Source: Limnochordia bacterium
Lineage (GTDB): Bacteria; Bacillota; Limnochordia; DTU080
NCBI GenBank assembly: GCA_050951545.1
Contig: JBMNJG010000010.1
Location: forward strand, 1 to 64,000
DNA length: 64,000 nt
Direction: 5' to 3'
Numbering within the stretch: the stretch's first letter is position 1; each line of letters starts with the position of its first letter. The position numbers were made by a program, and so were the translations under genes. Positions 30,180 through 39,108 of the stretch are shown here, in pieces. The notes under the pieces were generated by a model. That model was not told where the DNA came from, did no database searches, and saw only the letters and a list, made by a program, of their open reading frames with translations.

Positions 30180-31241
30180 TTGTACTCTCTCCATGTAGAT
30201 GAGGTGAACGTGCCGCTCTCACTGCTACTGACTCGCGAGTTAAAGGCCAGCGAGAAGATCGTTTGGATGGCCTTAACGATGGATGATCAGCTGGAGGAAA
30301 GTTTCCTTTTCTCGCCCAGCCGCCTGGGGCGGCGCACGGGTATGTCCCGGCCTACCGTTCGCAGGGCGACAGCCAAGTTAACCACCGAGGGCTGGTTTGC
30401 TCCACCAGCTAGGCGGGGTCCTAGCCAGACCGCGGCACAGAAGCCATCCCCGGATAGGGTCTCCGTGCCTGTGGAGCTAGTCATGGCTACTGAAATCCAT
30501 GCACAGGCCAAATTGGTTTATGCCCTACTGCTGTCCAAACCTACGGACCCACCTCGCAAAAGGCAGTTCACATACGCTGAGTTAGCCGGCCGGATGAGTC
30601 TGAGCCCCCAGACCATCAAACACGCAGCTCGTCAGTTGGCCAAGCATGGTTGGCTGGAGATGGAGCAGGCGCACAAGCGGGCACCGATTCGCTTCACTCT
30701 CCACAACCCGGTTGATAAGCGAAATGTAAAAGAAATACTAGACGTGCAGGATGAGCTCCACCGCGCTACGCACCTCGGAGAGGCTCTCATGCAGGCTATC
30801 TTCTTGGCGCTTGTCGATTGCCTTGACTTCGACGACGGAATGCGCCCAGGTTTCATGAGGAACCCAGCAACTGGCAAGCGTCTGGAGGTCGATCTCTTCT
30901 ATTACTTGCACAATACGGCCATGGAGTTCAATGGGGCGCAACACTACCGCGTCACGGAGCGGAATTCGGCTGAGCAGGTCCATAAGCAGCAATGCCGTGA
31001 CCAGACCAAACAGCAGATCTGCGCTAAGAAGAAGATCAAGCTGATCGTGATTCAGGCTCACGAGCTGTCCTGCAATATCATCAAGCGCAAGATTCACAGG
31101 CGGCTGCCATTCCGGCGCGGTCAGGACTTCAACCGGAAGCTCATCAACTATCTCGAGTGTAGATGCGGTGAGTACCAGCAAAGAATAGATGAACGTGGCT
31201 GGGGAACCGCCAGTGAATCTGAGAGAAAGCAAGACGAGTAG
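30180..31241 (+). CDS. Tandem winged-HTH plus C-terminal Vsr/DUF559-like (PD-(D/E)XK-type) putative endonuclease, 353 aa
   Basis: Two repeats of VP..L.....L/I....K.V...L followed by a helix-turn-helix (LGRRTGMSRPTVRRATAKL..EGW; LAGRMSLSPQTIKHAARQL..HGW). C-terminal RPGFMRNPATGKRLEVDLFY..AMEFNGAQHY..QQCRDQTKQQIC..KIKLIVI. Start placed at TTG 30180 after GAGGTG. Confidence 0.75.
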   Translation: MYSLHVDEVNVPLSLLLTRELKASEKIVWMALTMDDQLEESFLFSPSRLGRRTGMSRPTVRRATAKLTTEGWFAPPARRGPSQTAAQKPSPDRVSVPVELVMATEIHAQAKLVYALLLSKPTDPPRKRQFTYAELAGRMSLSPQTIKHAARQLAKHGWLEMEQAHKRAPIRFTLHNPVDKRNVKEILDVQDELHRATHLGEALMQAIFLALVDCLDFDDGMRPGFMRNPATGKRLEVDLFYYLHNTAMEFNGAQHYRVTERNSAEQVHKQQCRDQTKQQICAKKKIKLIVIQAHELSCNIIKRKIHRRLPFRRGQDFNRKLINYLECRCGEYQQRIDERGWGTASESERKQDE

Positions 31242-31701
31242 TCACCTTGGGTTACCTTGTCCGTTTCGTCAGGGCTTACATCAGCCGTGCAGCCAATGGT
31301 ATTCCGCGTCCACCCGCTGCCGGCGATCAGAACACCCCTACACTGATTTTCACTCAGACGGCACCGTGACATAACCAGCAGTTCGTCTGGAAACGCTCAC
31401 ATGACAGACTCAGGGTTCTGGGCGCTGTTGCATTCGTAGCGAGCAAATGACGGGTGCCGTTCTGTTACGAGTCCGACGCGTACTCAGCCTACAGAACCTC
31501 GTCCACCCATACTCCCCGTGGCCCCCTTAGGCGGCAACTCTCAGGTAGCTGGCAACAAGGACCGTTAGGGGCGAAGCCTTTATCCTTGCTGCGCTGCCAG
31601 CCACCTGAGACAATGGAGCGTGTCCAGTTCACCGCCTTTCTCATGTGCAGCTGCCACCACGACGTTCGGTGATGGCCTTCATTAGGTTCATGTCCGGAGA
31701 C

Positions 31702-32973
31702 TCACCGGGTCTTGATCTTCTCCTGAAGGGCCATCTCCGCTAAGCGTTGCGTCTCCTCCAGTACTTCCAGCGGGGTCGCTCGGCCCGCGCGCATGGCGTT
31801 GAATATCGGCTCGAATATGTTCAATATGTCTGTAGAGAAAGGAGGCATGATACGCGCCGCTGGCAGCATCTGCTGAATCAAGAAGCGCTCGCGTGGGTCC
31901 TTAGCGCGCGGCTGGATGCGTCTGAAGGCACTGATGGTTGTCGGGATAGAACGGGTCTCATCAAACCATTTCACTTGAACGTCGGGATCACTCAGGTACT
32001 TGATGAACTCCACCGCAGCCTTAGCATTGCGGGCCCCCACCGGAATCGCAGGCCCCAAGGGGAACGTTGTTGAGAAGAGCTTCGCATCTGGTTTGGTGGG
32101 AATCACCCCCGCTGCGACGCGCAATGCGGGATGGGTGTCAGCCAAGTTAGCCAGAAACGTCGTGCTGTCGATGCACATGGCCACCTTCTCCTGCCGGAAC
32201 CACGAGGATCCCGATGGCCTCGTACCATAGTGATCTGCGTAGGATTTCATCCACGCCAAGGCCTCCAAATTGCGCTCTCGGTGCGCTCCGGTGAGTGCGG
32301 GAGTAAAGTTGTCATAGTCGTAGAACTCCCCGCCAAAGGCCCACAGCCAAGGCAGCCCACGCGACAGGTTATTCCCGGTTGGAACGAACCCCACCTTAAT
32401 GATCTCGCCGCTTTCGTCCCGGACGGCTAGCTTCTGAGCCGCAGCATCCAACTCGTCAATGTAACGAGGAGGTTTGGAGGGATCCATGCCTGCTTGCTCA
32501 AACATGTCAATGTTGACTAGCAGGCCGCGGACGCAAGTGCGCCAGGGCAGGCCATACCAGATACTGCCGATTTTCATCGAGTCTCTGGGCCCCGGAAGAT
32601 ACGCGTCGTCCAGTGCCTCGATCTCCTTCGGATGCAGGAGATCATTGAGTGGGATGAACCAGTCTCCCTCCAGGCTCATGTCTTTCACTGTATAGTAGTT
32701 GTGGTAGACGAGGTCCGGTGACGAACCTCCAACCACAGCTACCTTCATCGCGTCCACATATGGGTATGTGGCATGTCCCTTGAGGATCAGATTCACGTGG
32801 ATATCTGGGTGCGCGGCGTTGAACTGCTCAACGATGCCAGTCATGGAATCTACATAGGCCTTGGGAGCTTCCCCAAACCAGAATTCAACCTGCACAGGCC
32901 CGGCAACCACCACCGTGTTGAGCATAAGCAACAGAGCACAGGTGATGATTGGGCATACACGTGCTCGCATCAT
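31702..32973 (-). CDS. ABC sugar-binding protein
   Basis: Signal peptide; GGSSPDLV, WYGLPW, NIDMFEQAGMDP. Start ATG 32973 inferred. Confidence 0.88.
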   Translation of the reverse strand: MMRARVCPIITCALLLMLNTVVVAGPVQVEFWFGEAPKAYVDSMTGIVEQFNAAHPDIHVNLILKGHATYPYVDAMKVAVVGGSSPDLVYHNYYTVKDMSLEGDWFIPLNDLLHPKEIEALDDAYLPGPRDSMKIGSIWYGLPWRTCVRGLLVNIDMFEQAGMDPSKPPRYIDELDAAAQKLAVRDESGEIIKVGFVPTGNNLSRGLPWLWAFGGEFYDYDNFTPALTGAHRERNLEALAWMKSYADHYGTRPSGSSWFRQEKVAMCIDSTTFLANLADTHPALRVAAGVIPTKPDAKLFSTTFPLGPAIPVGARNAKAAVEFIKYLSDPDVQVKWFDETRSIPTTISAFRRIQPRAKDPRERFLIQQMLPAARIMPPFSTDILNIFEPIFNAMRAGRATPLEVLEETQRLAEMALQEKIKTR

Positions 32974-33020
32974 GGATAGAGGACCCCCTTTTCTATTGTC
33001 GAAAACGACGTCAAAGCCCC

Positions 33021-33923
33021 TCATAGCAACTGAAGTGCAACAACCTCACCAGACTCACGACTCATGTTTGCCGCCTCAAGGAAGGCGATCAGCTCAAGTG
33101 TCAAGGCACTATCAATCGGCGGGAGACCCGTACGGAAGAACTCAAGGATCTTGTCAAGCATGAGAGCATAGGCAGGCGGCTGGTTGATTCGTAACCCCTG
33201 TTGGATACCCTGGGATGTATAGACGGTTACCGCATAGTCGCGAAGTCCCGCATACCGATAGCCGTGTAACGTACCAATGCGCCCGCCTTCCCAGATGCCA
33301 ATGACCATGTCAGCCAGCGGCGTCTTGCGGGTGCACACTTCCTTGCAGCCTGGGCCCATCTTGCTGTAGAGAACCTCCGCAGTGTGGATGCCGTACCAGA
33401 ACAATCCCGGGAAATCATCAAGAATCGCGGCCGGGCCAGAAGCCTCGCAGGCCAATACATCGACGTTCTCTCCGAGCTCAGCCAGGCCCTTCGCATAGCG
33501 AACGGATGAGCACGATACGACTGGCGCCCCATGCTGTTGAGACAGCGCAAAGATGGCTCGAGCATCAGCCGCAGTCGTGGCCAGGGGCTTGTCGATGAAG
33601 ACTGGTTTGCCATAGGGCGCCAGCTTCCTGAACTCCTCTAGGTGTAGACGGCCATCAACGCTCACCTGCAGGATGGCGTCTGCCCGTTCGGCCACCGCTT
33701 CAACAGAGTCCAAGATCTCTACGCCAAACTTGTCACGGACCTCGCCAGTGATGCGCTTAATTCGCTCTCGGCTGAGAGAGAACTGCTCACTACCTGTGGG
33801 ACAGGCATAGACCACCCTCGCTCCGGGGACATGATGCGGATGCTCCTTGTTATTCAGCAGATCCGAGAAGGCGATGCAATGCGACGTATCGAGACCAATC
33901 ATGCCGAGCTTCAGTTCCGTCAT
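33021..33923 (-). CDS. Gfo/Idh/MocA-family oxidoreductase
   Basis: LGMIGLDTSH, SVDGRLH, KPVFIDKPLA, WYGIH. Confidence 0.85.
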   Translation of the reverse strand: MTELKLGMIGLDTSHCIAFSDLLNNKEHPHHVPGARVVYACPTGSEQFSLSRERIKRITGEVRDKFGVEILDSVEAVAERADAILQVSVDGRLHLEEFRKLAPYGKPVFIDKPLATTAADARAIFALSQQHGAPVVSCSSVRYAKGLAELGENVDVLACEASGPAAILDDFPGLFWYGIHTAEVLYSKMGPGCKEVCTRKTPLADMVIGIWEGGRIGTLHGYRYAGLRDYAVTVYTSQGIQQGLRINQPPAYALMLDKILEFFRTGLPPIDSALTLELIAFLEAANMSRESGEVVALQLL

Positions 33924-33975
33924 CTACCACCACACCTCGTCTCAATGTCTTGACGTCTCACGCGGCATTCCGCGC

Positions 33976-35256
33976 TCACTGACCGAACACCTCTGCAAAG
34001 CGAGCCTCCATGATCACTTGGACGCCTTCAAGAGCAGCTCTTGGCGTTGTCGTTCCTGCAATCACGTTGTTAAGGGCCTGGGTAAGATGGTTATGAAACT
34101 CACCGCTGAGAGGCGTACGTGGACGCGCATCAGGAAGCTGAGCGATCAGCCCTGCATAGGGCGGTGGAAGCGAAGGAGCGATTGTCCTCAACGCCTTCCA
34201 GTTGGCAGGCAGTAGCGACTCGAACTCGCGAAAGCGACGAGTCTGCACATCCGCTGTGGCGAAGTACCGCACCAGCTGGGCAGCTTCTGTATAGGCACGG
34301 CTGCTAGAGCTCGACGGCACTCCGACTGCATATCCGCCCCCCCATGTGGCATTCGAGCCCTGCGGAGGATGCGGTACCCGCCCCGTCGTGAAGCTGGTAC
34401 CTTCCCTGACTACAAGAGCAGCGTCTGATGTTGATCCAGGCAACATGGCCACTGTTCCCTTCACAAATCCACTGACGCTCAGCTGCACCGGGCTTCTGTT
34501 TCTGTCGTAGTGCTGGGCCCATTCGTCAATCCACTCGTAAGCTCTGATGTTATTGGGCAGAGCAGCGGTGGGACGTATGTGAGTGCCGGATTCGTCTATG
34601 AGTTCACCGCCAAAGGCCCAGATCCAGCCCCTAGCGTACCAGTTTCCGCTCCAGGGGACGAAGCCAACGCGTGTATAGCGCCCATCGGCTGTGGCCTCGC
34701 TGAGTCTCCTATTCCATGTCCAGAGGTCCTCTAGAGAGAGTGCGCCAAAGTAGGGATCAAGCCCCGCCTGTTCGAGCAGGTCGATGCGCTTGAACAGACC
34801 ACGAGAAGTGCAATGATACGGCGCAGCATACATCCTGCCTGCAAACGTCATCTCGAAAGTCTCGCCAGGTGTGAACTGAATCCCATCTAAGGCTCGAGTC
34901 ACATCCTGCAGCAGCCCTTGAGCAGCTAGCTGTTTCACTGTGGCCCCTTCTATCCAGGCCACGTCTGGAGCAGCACCCCCAGCACTGGCCAGGTAGATCC
35001 GTTCAGTGTACTGTAGCTGACTGCCAGCGATATGTGCGACCTCAATCTCTATGCCTGGATTCTCTGCCTGGTACCACTCGGCAATGGCCGTGAACTGCTC
35101 AACAACCTCCTGATTGGCCCAGGCCCAAAGCGTCAGCTTCGTGGCAGCGAACGCCGAAGTCGTGGCGACAGCCACCATAGTTGCTAGAACGAGAACCAAG
35201 GATAGCGTCTTCGAACACTTCACATCACGCCGACCCAAACCTCCCCTGTTTTCCAC
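33976..35256 (-). CDS. ABC sugar-binding protein
   Basis: Signal peptide; AGGAAPDVAW, LLEQAGLDP, TWGGGY. Exact start uncertain. Confidence 0.88.
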   Translation of the reverse strand: MENRGGLGRRDVKCSKTLSLVLVLATMVAVATTSAFAATKLTLWAWANQEVVEQFTAIAEWYQAENPGIEIEVAHIAGSQLQYTERIYLASAGGAAPDVAWIEGATVKQLAAQGLLQDVTRALDGIQFTPGETFEMTFAGRMYAAPYHCTSRGLFKRIDLLEQAGLDPYFGALSLEDLWTWNRRLSEATADGRYTRVGFVPWSGNWYARGWIWAFGGELIDESGTHIRPTAALPNNIRAYEWIDEWAQHYDRNRSPVQLSVSGFVKGTVAMLPGSTSDAALVVREGTSFTTGRVPHPPQGSNATWGGGYAVGVPSSSSSRAYTEAAQLVRYFATADVQTRRFREFESLLPANWKALRTIAPSLPPPYAGLIAQLPDARPRTPLSGEFHNHLTQALNNVIAGTTTPRAALEGVQVIMEARFAEVFGQ

Positions 35257-35760
35257 TGGTGAAGAGCCCCCTTCTACCTATCATTGCCTGCGGTATCTGC
35301 TACACGGGATAGCTTAAAGTGCACCTTCAAGTTGGATGTTATATATCCTTCTTGAGCACACTGTTGTTGTTAAGCCGAGGCGTCAGCACCACTGATCACT
35401 AGTTGTATTCCCTGTTTTCACATTCCTCGCTTGGCCACTCCCAAAGCTCCCGCGCCGTTTTATTTCGTCCAGAAATTGCAGCTGCAGAAGGAAATATGCG
35501 CTGCGAATCGAATAGTAGCCGCAACCGTGCATGCGTGCCCTCACCACGCCCGCACCGCCTACATCGGGATATTTCTGAAAGCGAGGTGATCAGTGAATCT
35601 TCCGTATGCCTTCTTGGCCATGTTCTGGAATCATCGTATCGGGTCAGGGGAGGCATGTGCTAGCACCTAAGTCGAGAAGTCAGCACACCTTGAACCACGA
35701 CTACGACACTCATGTGATCGACGATGCAGATCATCGACCAGAAAAACGGAGGTATCGTTC

Positions 35761-36750
35761 ATGAGTAAGGTTCGCGTAGGTCTGATCGGCTGCGGCAACA
35801 TCGCCGCTGGGCATGCCCGTCGTCTTCTCAACACACCCGAGGCACAACTCGTCGCGTTGTGTGATACTGACCCGAAAGCGTTTGGCTGGTTAAAAGAGAG
35901 AGTACCCGAGTTGCCAGACCTGCCCAAGTTCGCAGACTATCGAGAGATGCTAGATACCGTCGCTTTGGATGCAGTGCAGGTGCTGACTCCCCATACACTG
36001 CATTTCGAACACATCATGAACTCCTTGGACCGCGGGCTCCACGTGCTGACGGAGAAGCCCATGGTGTGCACAAGCGAGCACGCTCGGACGGTTATCGAAA
36101 CCAGACGCAAAGCCGACAAGGTGGTATTGGTCTCCTATCAGCGCCGCTATCAAGACAACTTCCGCTTCATACGAGACCTGCTGACTAACGGTCAAATGGG
36201 TGAAATACAGTATGTATCAGCTCTGCTCGGGCAAGACTGGCTGAATCGAACACAGGGCAAGTGGCGGCAAGATCCCGCGCTATCCGGTGGGGGTCAGCTT
36301 AACGACTCGGGTAGCCATCTGCTCGATATCATCTTGTGGGCGACTGGGGTGGAGCCAGAGACGGTGTACGCCTCTATCGAGAATTTCGGTGCGCGAGTGG
36401 ATATCAACACAGCCTTGAGCGCCGAGTGCACCAACGGAGCTCTGTTAAACATCGCGGTACTCGGCAACTCGGCTGAGTGGTGCGATGATATGACCTTCTG
36501 GGCTGAGAACGGTGTGATCTACTACCGCAATGGGCAGGTCAAAGCCAAACTGCGCAACCAGAAGGAAGAGCTGACCCCACCTACTCAGGCAGATCCGGGC
36601 AATCCCGATCGCAACTTCATCGCTGCTATCTTAGGGAAAGATACGGTGAAATCGCCTCCGGAGGATGCCTTGAGAGTGGCCCTGCTCACAGAAGCGATCT
36701 GGCGTTCGGCAGAGACGGGATCTCCTGAGACTATCCCCTGGGACTCCTAG
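35761..36750 (+). CDS. Gfo/Idh/MocA-family oxidoreductase, copy 1
   Basis: GLIGCGNIA, HVLTEKPM, SGGGQLNDSGSHLLD. Confidence 0.92.
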   Translation: MSKVRVGLIGCGNIAAGHARRLLNTPEAQLVALCDTDPKAFGWLKERVPELPDLPKFADYREMLDTVALDAVQVLTPHTLHFEHIMNSLDRGLHVLTEKPMVCTSEHARTVIETRRKADKVVLVSYQRRYQDNFRFIRDLLTNGQMGEIQYVSALLGQDWLNRTQGKWRQDPALSGGGQLNDSGSHLLDIILWATGVEPETVYASIENFGARVDINTALSAECTNGALLNIAVLGNSAEWCDDMTFWAENGVIYYRNGQVKAKLRNQKEELTPPTQADPGNPDRNFIAAILGKDTVKSPPEDALRVALLTEAIWRSAETGSPETIPWDS

Positions 36751-36823
36751 CGCATACCACTACTATGATCTGCAGGACCTGCAGTTCCCAGGAGCTTTCC
36801 GGCCCTAGGCCGGAGAGCTCCTG

Positions 36824-36876
36824 CGGCGACTCCGGACCCGTTTCAATAGCCATGGTCACCCCGGTGGTCGCTCGCG
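36824..36876 (-). pseudogene. Short fragment duplicated from the sugar-phosphate isomerase gene (47065-47116)
   Basis: CGGCGACTCCGGACCCGTTTCAATAGCCAT.GTCACCCCG(G)TGGTCGCTCGCG, with one substitution and one indel. Confidence 0.75.
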
Positions 36877-36943
36877 GTTTGCGCAGCAAATGCTTTTGCA
36901 GCGCCCTTCAACGCTCACTTTCATTGCGATGCTGCGAGATAGG

Positions 36944-36968
36944 GAAGAGGGGTGACACACCCCTCTTC
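36944..36968. terminator. Hairpin between convergent transcription units
   Basis: GAAGAGGGGTG / CACCCCTCTTC 11-bp stem. Confidence 0.45.
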
Positions 36969-37200
36969 GCTGACATCGTCATCCTTGCGAGCAGTTCTCT
37001 TCGAAAGAACTGGTTGTGCTACTCACTCTTCAGATCCTCGATAGCCAGTGTGAACTTGTGGTGCAATTGCTCTAGAAGCGGCGTCGGTCGTCGACGCTTC
37101 GATATGCGGTCCGTTCGGCGAGGACATCGACCCGCGGCCACCGTCGTGAATGGGGAAGCTCATGCCGCCACACCGGGCGGTAGGCGTGCGCCTACCACCC

Positions 37201-38049
37201 CTATGCCTTCCCCGCAGACCCCAACACCCGCATGCGAGACTGCACCTTGGCCTGCATGACAGCCCTAGCTTCAGCTAGCTGCTCCACCCCCCTCACAGTC
37301 CCCGAGGCCAGCGCCAAGCTATCCCGCAGAGTTGCCCCGAAAGCGGTCAGCGTCTCAGTGCCAACATTCACCTTGCGAATACCGAGCTTAACTGCTCTGC
37401 GGATATCCGCATCAGAAATGCCACTACTTCCATGCAGAACGAGGGGCACGTCGACCAGCTGGTTGATTTCCTCCAGTCGGGTAAAATCCAGCTTTGGCTC
37501 CTCGAGGTAGAAGCCGTGGGCATTGCCGATAGCTACAGCGAGGCAATCGACTCCCGTATCCCCCGCGAAATCAGCAGCCTCTTCCGGGCGAGTGAGCCAC
37601 TGCTCTATGCGGTCTTCACCCTTGGCTGCTATACCGACGTGTCCGATTTCGGCTTCCACTGAGATGCCGACATGGTGGGCTATCTCAACAATACGTCGGG
37701 TTGTCGCCACGTTCTCATCGTAGGGCAGACGCGACCCATCGTACATAACGCTTGTATACCCGGCGTGCATGCACCTCACCACTCGGGCGAAGCTAGCTCC
37801 ATGATCCAGATGAACAGCTACTGGCACCTGCGCCCGATTCGCGAGCACCCGGCCTACCGCGGCTGATTCATCCACACCGAAGTGATCCAGATGAGAGTCG
37901 TACATAAGCAGGATCACAGGGCTACGCTCCGCCTCAGCCGCAGCTACTACGGCCTGTGCAGTCTCGAGATTGAACACGTTGAACGCCCCGACAGCATAGC
38001 CTCCCGCTTCCGCTTCACGCAGCACATTCGACAGATTGGCCAAGCTCAA
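37201..38049 (-). CDS. Class II ketose-bisphosphate aldolase (Fba/GatY-like)
   Basis: YAVGAFN, VAVHLDHG, SVMYDGS, VEAEIGHV, AIGNAHG, PLVLHGSSG, KVNVGT. Confidence 0.92.
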   Translation of the reverse strand: MSLANLSNVLREAEAGGYAVGAFNVFNLETAQAVVAAAEAERSPVILLMYDSHLDHFGVDESAAVGRVLANRAQVPVAVHLDHGASFARVVRCMHAGYTSVMYDGSRLPYDENVATTRRIVEIAHHVGISVEAEIGHVGIAAKGEDRIEQWLTRPEEAADFAGDTGVDCLAVAIGNAHGFYLEEPKLDFTRLEEINQLVDVPLVLHGSSGISDADIRRAVKLGIRKVNVGTETLTAFGATLRDSLALASGTVRGVEQLAEARAVMQAKVQSRMRVLGSAGKA

Positions 38050-38131
38050 CTGCTAGTCCCCTTCCTTCCACACCCACGCCCGATGCCTCTGCAGGTTGGG
38101 CGACTGCGACGACCAGATCAACAAGATAGAG

Positions 38132-39070
38132 TCACGAGGCCTCTGGAGACGGCTGCTCCCACTCATCAGGCAGTTCCGCATGCAGAAACTCCAGGACCTC
38201 TGTTATCCCCGGTATGCCTTGCCTACCGCCCATCGCTCTTACCTTCAGTCCTGCGACGGCACTGGCAAACTGCGCCGCTTGCCGTATGCCATATCCGCGC
38301 AGCTTTGCAGCGATGTAAGCACCATGAAAGACATCACCACAGCCCGTGGTGTCAATCACGGGTTTCACGTCAAACGCAGGCAAAGGGAAACTCCCCTCTG
38401 CGTTAGCACAAACACATCCTCGCTCTCCCAGCGTGATTATGGCTTCCTGAGGCCCGTAGTCGAGCAACCTTTTGACAACCGTAAGAGCGCTGTCGCCCCT
38501 GGCGATATCCTCGTAAAAGAAGCGGGATGTAATGAGAATATCCACATGACTCAGCAGCGGCTCCATCCCCTTGGCCGTTGTGGCATCTAGGACAACGGTC
38601 ACCCCCGCGTCTTGGGCCACCTTCGCTGCGCCGATGCTCACCTCAAGCGATCTACCATCCAGGTGCAGAAACCGGGCAGAGCGAATCATGTCTGGATCGA
38701 TTTCATCTGTCTGCAACGGCCTTGCGCTGGCGGGGCTAGCGACAAAACCTCTTCTTCCGGTGGCCTCCTCGACCAGACAAACCATGAACTGGGATGTCGC
38801 ACCCGAGCGCACCTTCACCTGGCTGATGTCAACATCGTAGCGTCGGAAGTCCTCAAGGATAAACCGCCCAGGGGAGTCATCGCCAACCACTCCCATGAAA
38901 GCTGCCTTAGCTCCCAGTCGGCGAGCAGCCACCGTGGCAGTGGCCGCCGGACCGCCACCTTGCTCGCTTACTGCACTCATTCTGACGCTCGACTCAAATG
39001 CGGGAGCGTGCGGGACAACGGCTATGTAATCGTGCGTGCACAAACCCAAACCAACCATGTCAAAGCTCAT
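38132..39070 (-). CDS. PfkB-family carbohydrate kinase
   Basis: GGGPAATA..A..RLG, ITLGERG, DTTGCGDVFHGAY. Confidence 0.92.
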   Translation of the reverse strand: MSFDMVGLGLCTHDYIAVVPHAPAFESSVRMSAVSEQGGGPAATATVAARRLGAKAAFMGVVGDDSPGRFILEDFRRYDVDISQVKVRSGATSQFMVCLVEEATGRRGFVASPASARPLQTDEIDPDMIRSARFLHLDGRSLEVSIGAAKVAQDAGVTVVLDATTAKGMEPLLSHVDILITSRFFYEDIARGDSALTVVKRLLDYGPQEAIITLGERGCVCANAEGSFPLPAFDVKPVIDTTGCGDVFHGAYIAAKLRGYGIRQAAQFASAVAGLKVRAMGGRQGIPGITEVLEFLHAELPDEWEQPSPEAS

Positions 39071-39108
39071 TGTTCCAACCCCCTAGAATGTCGCCGTGTA
39101 AGCCCCTG

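Noticed and set aside
30180-31241. IscB/IsrB/TnpB (OMEGA), retron or group II intron protein
   Set aside because: No PLMP, RuvC, HNH, zinc-finger or YADD motifs are visible.
31345-31462. Possible right end or structured RNA after the nuclease gene (CACTCAGACG and ACATAACC echoes of the unit; ACGGCACCGT/ACGGGTGCCGT inverted pair)
   Set aside because: Matches are short and in the wrong order relative to the unit, so they could be chance. A second copy is needed to test.
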